DNA of 11,184 bases from Myxococcaceae bacterium (GTDB lineage: Bacteria; Myxococcota; Myxococcia; Myxococcales; Myxococcaceae), in the NCBI GenBank assembly GCA_022842905.1, contig JALHOS010000238.1, positions 1-11,184 on the forward strand, given 5' to 3'. Below the pieces are notes generated by a model that was not told the DNA's origin, searched no databases, and worked only from the letters and a program-made list of their open reading frames with translations. Below are positions 5,936-11,184 of this stretch, piece by piece. Numbering within the stretch: the first letter of the stretch is position 1; the number at the start of each line of letters is the position of its first letter. Both the position numbers and the translations under genes were made by a program.

Positions 5936-8900
5936 ATGGCGACCAGTGAGGTGAACCTCGAGGGCGGCAGCTACGAGGTGATTCGGTCGCGGCTGGCCGG
6001 CCAGGCGACGCAGCTGGCCCAGGCCGCCGAGGCGCTCAACCAGAAGCGCCGCGAGGAGTTCGGCGGTGACGAGCTGGCCGTGGCCGGCAACGACCGCGTC
6101 CGCACCGAGCACAGCTGCGTGGCCCGCGACATCGTCCCGTTGGGCAGCCGACTCTTGCTCGGCTTCAACGTCTTCATGGGCCTCAAGCAGGAACGCGCCC
6201 CGAAAGACGTGTTCAGCCTGCACCAGTTCGTTCGCCAGCCCGACGGCACGTTCAACTTCGACGAGCTCAAGCCGAGTGAGGGCGGCGGCTTCCTCGAGGA
6301 CCGCCGCTTCGCCAAGGACTTCGGCGAGCTGACTCGCTACTACAAGGACTGCAAGCTGCTGCGGCTCTTGCGCACCGACGGCCGGCTCCTCGCGGTGATG
6401 CAGACGGGCCTGACGCTGCGCGACGTGAAGGTGTTCCGCTTCAGCGTCGACCAGGAAGGCCGCGCCACCTACCTGGACCTCAACGGCGAGAGCGAGCTGC
6501 CCCGCGTGCCCACGCACGACTTCGAATGGACCCGGCTGGGCCGCGAAGACGTGGTGCAGGGCCGCTTCCCGCACGTCAACGTCTTCGACGAGATCTTCGT
6601 GGAGACGATGGGCGGCGACCTGACGGTGAAGGTCGAGAACAACACCGAGACGGGCCAGGGCATCTTCTCGGAGCCCGTCGCCGAGAAGGACCAGTCGCTG
6701 GACGACGCCGAGTTCCACGTCGCGAAGGCCGGCGGCCTCATCCTCCTCAAGGTGCGGCCGTTCCGCGAAGAGGCGTACCGCTACCTCGTCTACAACCCGA
6801 GCACGCGGGAAGTGCACCGCGTGGACGGCTTGGGGCTGTCTTGTGTGCAGCTCCCAGAAGAGCAGGGCGTCGCGTTCCCCGGCGGCTACGCGCTGCGCAC
6901 CGGCGAAGTGAAGACGTTCGACGGCGACTGGTCGGAGCTGGCGTTCGAGCGCGCGCTCAAGAGCCCCAACGGGGAAGACGTGCTGTACGTCTTCTTCGGG
7001 CTCAAGTCCGGTCGCTACCTGCTGCTGCCGTACAACCTGGTCCGCAAGGAAATGGCGAGCCCGCTGCCCTGCCACGGCTGGTCGCTCTTCCCTGACGGGC
7101 AGCTCGTCATCTTCAAGGGCACCAGCGACGAGCCGACCCGCGTGCACCCCATGCAGGTGTGGAAGACGCCGTTCCTCTCGGCCGAAGTACACGCCGCCCG
7201 CCCGCCCCGGGCCACCGCGCTCGGCCGAATCGGCAACGCGGACCTGGTGCGCGGCATCGCCGACGTGCTGACGCTCAAGCGGCTGGCCAGCGCGGACAAG
7301 CCGACGCGGCGCACGTGGGAAGAGCTGGTCTCGCAGGCGCAGCGCGCGCTCGACGCGTACTTCTGGCTGTCGGAGCCGAGCGTGGCGCTGGCGGACCAGG
7401 TCCGCGCGGTGAAGGCGTCGGCGGAGCTGATCCTCGACGAGTTCGAGAAGGTACAGGCGCTCAAGAAGCGCGCGCAGGACGGCATGGCCGACGCCGAGGC
7501 GCAGGTCAGCCAGCTGCTCTCGAACACCACGCCCGGCGTGCTCACCAGCACGCAGGAGTTCATGGGCGCGCTGCAGGCCATTCGCAGCCAGCGGGGCAAG
7601 CTCATCACCCTCAAGGAAGTCCGCTACGTCGACGTGGCCCGGCTCGACGCCATGGAAGGGCAGCTGGTCGAGCAGGCCGGCGCCGTCAGCCAGGCCTGCG
7701 TCGAGTTCCTTTTGACGCCCAGCGCCTTCGACGCGGTGAAGGCCGAGCTGGCCCAAGCCCAGCAGCGCGTGGACGCCGTCGCGCGCACGGCCGAGCTCGA
7801 GCCGCTCGTCAAACAGCTCGAGGAGACGGGGCAGGGGTTGGACCTGCTCGGCGAGGCCGTCGCGGCGCTCAAGGCCGGCGACGCGGACCAGAAGGCGCAG
7901 ATCCTCGAGCGGCTCTCGGAGGTGTACGCCCAGCTCAACCGCACCCGCGGCGGCGCGCTGGCCAAGCGCAAGGACCTGCTCACCAAGGACCAGCGCGCGG
8001 AGTTCGGCGCGCAGTTCAAGCTGCTGGGCCAGGCGCTGGAGAGCGCGCTGGCGCTGACCGACACCCCGGAGCGCTGTGACGAGCAGCTCGCCCGGCTGTC
8101 GGTGCAGCTCGAAGAGCTCGAAGGCCGCTTCGCCGAGCTCGACGAGTTCGCCACCCCGCTCGCCGAGCGGCGAGAGGCGCTGTTCGAAGCGTTCGAATCG
8201 AAGAAGCGCACGTTGGTGGACGAGCGGCAGCGACGCGCGCTCAACCTGTTCCAGGCGGCGGAACGAATCCTCCAGGGCGTGCAGCGGCGGGTGAAGGCCT
8301 TCACCACCGAAGACGAGCTCAACGCGTTCTTCGCCGGCGACGCCATGCTCGAGAAGCTGCGCGAGCTGGGCAAGCAGCTGCTCGCGCTCAAGGACTCGGT
8401 GAAGGCCGACGAGCTGGAGTCCAAGCTCAAGGCCGCCAAGCAGGACGCGCTGCGCGGCCTGCGCGACAAGAAGGACCTGTTCGAAGACGGCCAGAACGTC
8501 ATCAAGCTGGGCGATCAACGCTTCAACGTGAACACGCAGCCGGTGGAGCTGACCGTGCTGCCCAAGGACGGCGCGCTCTGTCTGCACGTGACGGGCACCG
8601 ACTACCTCCAGCCGCTTCAGGACGCCGCGCTCGAGCAGCACAAGGCGCTGTGGGACCGCACGCTGCCCAGCGAGGCGCCGCACGTGTACCGGGCCGAGAC
8701 GCTGGCCGCGACGCTGCTGTTCCGCGCCGAAGCCGGAGAAGGGGGCCTGTCGCTGCTGCGCCTGCGTGAGGCCGTCAACGCCGCGGACGGCGGGCTGTCG
8801 GCGGTGCGGCAGGTCGCGCAGGACCGCTTCGACGAAGGCTACGAGCGCGGTGTGCACGACGCCGACGCCACGGTGATCCTCGGCGAGGTGTTGCGCGCGT

Positions 8901-11184
8901 ACGAGCTGGCCGGCCTGCTGCGCTACCCCGGCACCGCGCGGGCGTGGGCGGCGCTGTACTGGGGCCTGCTCGTCGACCCCAAGGACAAGCCTTCGGCGCA
9001 GCGGCAGGCGCAGAGCTTCGGCCGGCTCAAGGACACCTTCGCCACCAGCCCTGCCTTCGCGCAGGTGGTGCAGGACTGGGCCGGGCGCCTGGCCAAGCGC
9101 TGCGGGGCCGAAGGGCTGGACGTGAAGGGCGCGGACGCGGCGCTCGCGGCGCGCTACCTCCTCGAGGAGCTGGGTCAGGACGACGTGCGCTTCGTCACGT
9201 CGCACGACGCGCTGCTGCTCAAGGACGGGCTGCTCGCCGCGCTGGACTCACAAGGGACCCGGGCCCGCTTCCTGGACGACCTGAGTCAGGTGAGCGCGCT
9301 GTTGGACCGCTGGCGGCTGGCCCGCGCGTGGCTCGACGCGGTGGTGGTCGCGCCTTCGAGCGGCGCTGCGCTCAAGGGGCTGGCGCACGCGGTCGACGAA
9401 GCGGCGGCGCTCTTGGTGGTGGGGCCCGACGTGCTCCCTCGCCGCGAGAGCCAGGCGCTGGTGGCCGGCCGCGTCACCGGCCTGCTCGGGCAGCACCCGC
9501 GCATCGTCGACCGAGCGCTCGACGTGCGCATCGACGAGTTCGTCAGCCGGCTGTCGGCGTTCGTGCGCGACGACGTGCCGGCGTTCCACACGTTCCGCGG
9601 ACTGGTGCGCCGCGTGCTCGACGAACAGAAGGCGAAGCTGCGCCTGGACGAGCTGGTGCCCAAGGTGCTCTCGAGCTTCGTGCGCAACGAGCTCATCGAC
9701 AGCGTGTACCTGCCGCTCATCGGGAAGAACTTGGCCAAGCAGCTGGGCGCCGCCGGCGACACCAAGCGCACCGACCGCATGGGCATGCTCTTGCTCATCT
9801 CCCCGCCGGGCTACGGGAAGACGACGCTCATGGAGTACGTGGCCAGCAGGCTGGGGCTCGTGTTCGTCAAGGTGAACGGGCCGGCGCTGGGGCACCAGGT
9901 GCTGTCGTTGGACCCGGCCGACGCGCCCAACGCCACCGCGCGGCAGGAGGTCGAGCGCATCAACTTCGCGTTCGAGCTGGGCAACAACGTCATGTTGTAC
10001 CTGGACGACATTCAGCACACGAACGCGGAGCTGCTGCAGAAGTTCATCTCCCTGTGTGACGGGCAGCGCCGGGTGGAAGGTGTCTGGGGCGGCAAGACGC
10101 GCACGTACGATCTGCGCGGCAAGAAGTTCTGCGTGGTGATGGCCGGCAACCCGTACACGGAGAGCGGCGAGACGTTCAAGATTCCGGACATGCTCGCCAA
10201 CCGCGCCGACACGTACAACCTGGGCGACATTCTCGACGGGAAGCAGCAGGTGTTCGCGCAGAGCTACCTCGAGAACGCGCTCACGGCGAACCCGGTGCTC
10301 GCGCCGTTGTCCGGCCGCGCGCGCGGCGACGTGCTCAAGCTGTTCGCCATGGCCCGAGGTGAGCCGGTCGCGGCGACGGATCTCGAGCACCCGTACTCAG
10401 CGGTGGAACTGCAGGAGATCGTCGCCGTGCTGCAGCGCCTGTTCCGGGTGCAGGCGACGCTGCTCAAGGTGAACCAGCAGTACATCGCCTCCGCCGCGCA
10501 GGACGATCGCTACCGCACCGAGCCGCCGTTCAAGCTCCAGGGCAGCTACCGCAACATGGGCAAGCTGGCCGAGAAGGTCGTCGCGGGCATGACGGACGAC
10601 GAGGTGGAACGGCTCGTCGACGGGCACTACGCCCAGGAATCCCAGACGCTCACCACCGCGGCGGAGCAGAACCTGCTCAAGCTGGCCGAGCTGCGCGGGC
10701 GGCTGACCGAAGCGCAGGCGCAGCGCTGGGCCGAGCTCAAGCGCGGCTACCAGCGCGTGCAGCTCATGGGCGGAGGTGAAGATGACCCGGTGGCGCGCGT
10801 CACCGGCTCCATCGCCACGCTCGGCGCGAGGCTCGAGACCATCGGCACTGCCGTCGAGAAGGCCACTGCACGGCCTCCGCCACCCGCGCCCAACCTGGAA
10901 GGCGTGACAGAAGGGCTGTCCGTGGTGGCCTCGGCGCTCGAGAAGAGCCTGGCGCCGCGAGCTGCCTCGGAAGACGGAACCCTCAAGGCGCTGCTCGGCT
11001 CGCTATCTGCGTCTCTGGCGGAGCGCGCGGCCACACCTCAGAAGGTCAGCGACGACGCGCTGGTGCACGCGGTGCAGAGCGTCGCGCGGGTGTTGGCCGA
11101 GGTCGGTCAGAAGCCCACCGGCGGCGACGGCGGCCTCGTGGAGGCGGTCGAGGGGCTCACCCAGGTCGTCAAGGCGGCGCTGGA
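5936..11184 (+). CDS. giant multidomain protein of at least 1749 aa (3' end outside the window) with an ATPase core near residue 1290; N-terminal roughly 480-aa beta-rich region and roughly 450-aa alpha-helical/coiled-coil middle region
   Basis: ATG at 5936 lies 7 nt after the flotillin stop. The frame is open to the window end; I translated it by hand with no stops, GC3 bias is strong throughout, and no '+' track ORF shares the frame. Walker A is LLISPPGYGKTTL (9800-9826) and Walker B is VMLYLDD (9989-10009); CVVMAGNP fits sensor 1, then ...NRADTYNLGD.... Minus-strand ORFs 5906..9205 and 9248..10390 are its antisense shadows. Confidence 0.85.
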   Translation, partial: MATSEVNLEGGSYEVIRSRLAGQATQLAQAAEALNQKRREEFGGDELAVAGNDRVRTEHSCVARDIVPLGSRLLLGFNVFMGLKQERAPKDVFSLHQFVRQPDGTFNFDELKPSEGGGFLEDRRFAKDFGELTRYYKDCKLLRLLRTDGRLLAVMQTGLTLRDVKVFRFSVDQEGRATYLDLNGESELPRVPTHDFEWTRLGREDVVQGRFPHVNVFDEIFVETMGGDLTVKVENNTETGQGIFSEPVAEKDQSLDDAEFHVAKAGGLILLKVRPFREEAYRYLVYNPSTREVHRVDGLGLSCVQLPEEQGVAFPGGYALRTGEVKTFDGDWSELAFERALKSPNGEDVLYVFFGLKSGRYLLLPYNLVRKEMASPLPCHGWSLFPDGQLVIFKGTSDEPTRVHPMQVWKTPFLSAEVHAARPPRATALGRIGNADLVRGIADVLTLKRLASADKPTRRTWEELVSQAQRALDAYFWLSEPSVALADQVRAVKASAELILDEFEKVQALKKRAQDGMADAEAQVSQLLSNTTPGVLTSTQEFMGALQAIRSQRGKLITLKEVRYVDVARLDAMEGQLVEQAGAVSQACVEFLLTPSAFDAVKAELAQAQQRVDAVARTAELEPLVKQLEETGQGLDLLGEAVAALKAGDADQKAQILERLSEVYAQLNRTRGGALAKRKDLLTKDQRAEFGAQFKLLGQALESALALTDTPERCDEQLARLSVQLEELEGRFAELDEFATPLAERREALFEAFESKKRTLVDERQRRALNLFQAAERILQGVQRRVKAFTTEDELNAFFAGDAMLEKLRELGKQLLALKDSVKADELESKLKAAKQDALRGLRDKKDLFEDGQNVIKLGDQRFNVNTQPVELTVLPKDGALCLHVTGTDYLQPLQDAALEQHKALWDRTLPSEAPHVYRAETLAATLLFRAEAGEGGLSLLRLREAVNAADGGLSAVRQVAQDRFDEGYERGVHDADATVILGEVLRAYELAGLLRYPGTARAWAALYWGLLVDPKDKPSAQRQAQSFGRLKDTFATSPAFAQVVQDWAGRLAKRCGAEGLDVKGADAALAARYLLEELGQDDVRFVTSHDALLLKDGLLAALDSQGTRARFLDDLSQVSALLDRWRLARAWLDAVVVAPSSGAALKGLAHAVDEAAALLVVGPDVLPRRESQALVAGRVTGLLGQHPRIVDRALDVRIDEFVSRLSAFVRDDVPAFHTFRGLVRRVLDEQKAKLRLDELVPKVLSSFVRNELIDSVYLPLIGKNLAKQLGAAGDTKRTDRMGMLLLISPPGYGKTTLMEYVASRLGLVFVKVNGPALGHQVLSLDPADAPNATARQEVERINFAFELGNNVMLYLDDIQHTNAELLQKFISLCDGQRRVEGVWGGKTRTYDLRGKKFCVVMAGNPYTESGETFKIPDMLANRADTYNLGDILDGKQQVFAQSYLENALTANPVLAPLSGRARGDVLKLFAMARGEPVAATDLEHPYSAVELQEIVAVLQRLFRVQATLLKVNQQYIASAAQDDRYRTEPPFKLQGSYRNMGKLAEKVVAGMTDDEVERLVDGHYAQESQTLTTAAEQNLLKLAELRGRLTEAQAQRWAELKRGYQRVQLMGGGEDDPVARVTGSIATLGARLETIGTAVEKATARPPPPAPNLEGVTEGLSVVASALEKSLAPRAASEDGTLKALLGSLSASLAERAATPQKVSDDALVHAVQSVARVLAEVGQKPTGGDGGLVEAVEGLTQVVKAAL

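Noticed and set aside
3610-5937. Minus-strand 775-aa ORF and the 4353..5921 (522 aa) ORF antisense to flotillin
   Set aside because: They are shadow ORFs: low-complexity Leu/Arg/Gly-rich or Ser/Ala-rich translations, while the '+' strand gives a clear SPFH/flotillin protein with RBS and TM anchor.
6526-10059. '+' strand ORFs 6526..7095, 7159..8079, 8944..10059 (Arg/Gly/Ala/Pro-rich) inside the giant gene region
   Set aside because: These are alternative '+' frames, not the main gene's frame (codon starts congruent to 2 mod 3). Their composition (poly-Arg/Gly) is the signature of off-frame translation of GC-rich coding DNA.
5906-10390. Very long minus-strand ORFs (5906..9205, 1099 aa; 9248..10390, 380 aa) opposite the giant gene
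   Set aside because: Their translations are dominated by Arg, Leu, His, Gln, Val and Gly, which is typical of antisense frames of high-GC genes. The '+' frame has coherent GC3 bias and recognisable Walker A/B motifs, so these are shadow ORFs.

Overview
The window is about 70% GC with strong third-position GC bias in the real genes, consistent with a Myxococcota-like deltaproteobacterium (PEGA domains are abundant in that clade); this is an inference, not a search result. Reading left to right: (1) the 3' end of a '+' gene encoding a Pro/Ala/Lys-rich protein with perfect 21-bp in-frame tandem repeats (EPAPKPA) and a C-terminal PEGA-like domain; (2) a convergent '-' gene for a small signal-peptide or lipoprotein that carries degenerate 150-170 bp tandem repeats, two of which lie downstream of the stop in other frames; (3) a stand-alone GGDEF diguanylate cyclase with a coiled-coil N-terminus and intact GGDEF and RxxD motifs; (4) an ~650-bp non-coding block that is a decayed, roughly nine-fold tandem amplification of a 57-bp segment from the GGDEF 3' coding region, ending in a stop-containing copy of the GGDEF C-terminus; (5) a three-gene '+' module of a short NfeD-like membrane/OB-fold protein, a 697-aa flotillin (SPFH) protein, and a giant open reading frame of at least 1749 aa with a Walker A/B ATPase core around residue 1290. 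The giant gene is tightly coupled to flotillin (7-nt gap) and runs off the window end. The NfeD-flotillin pairing is established; the fused giant ATPase is the most interesting candidate for an under-described flotillin-associated system. The long minus-strand ORFs opposite flotillin and the giant gene are antisense shadow ORFs typical of high-GC DNA.
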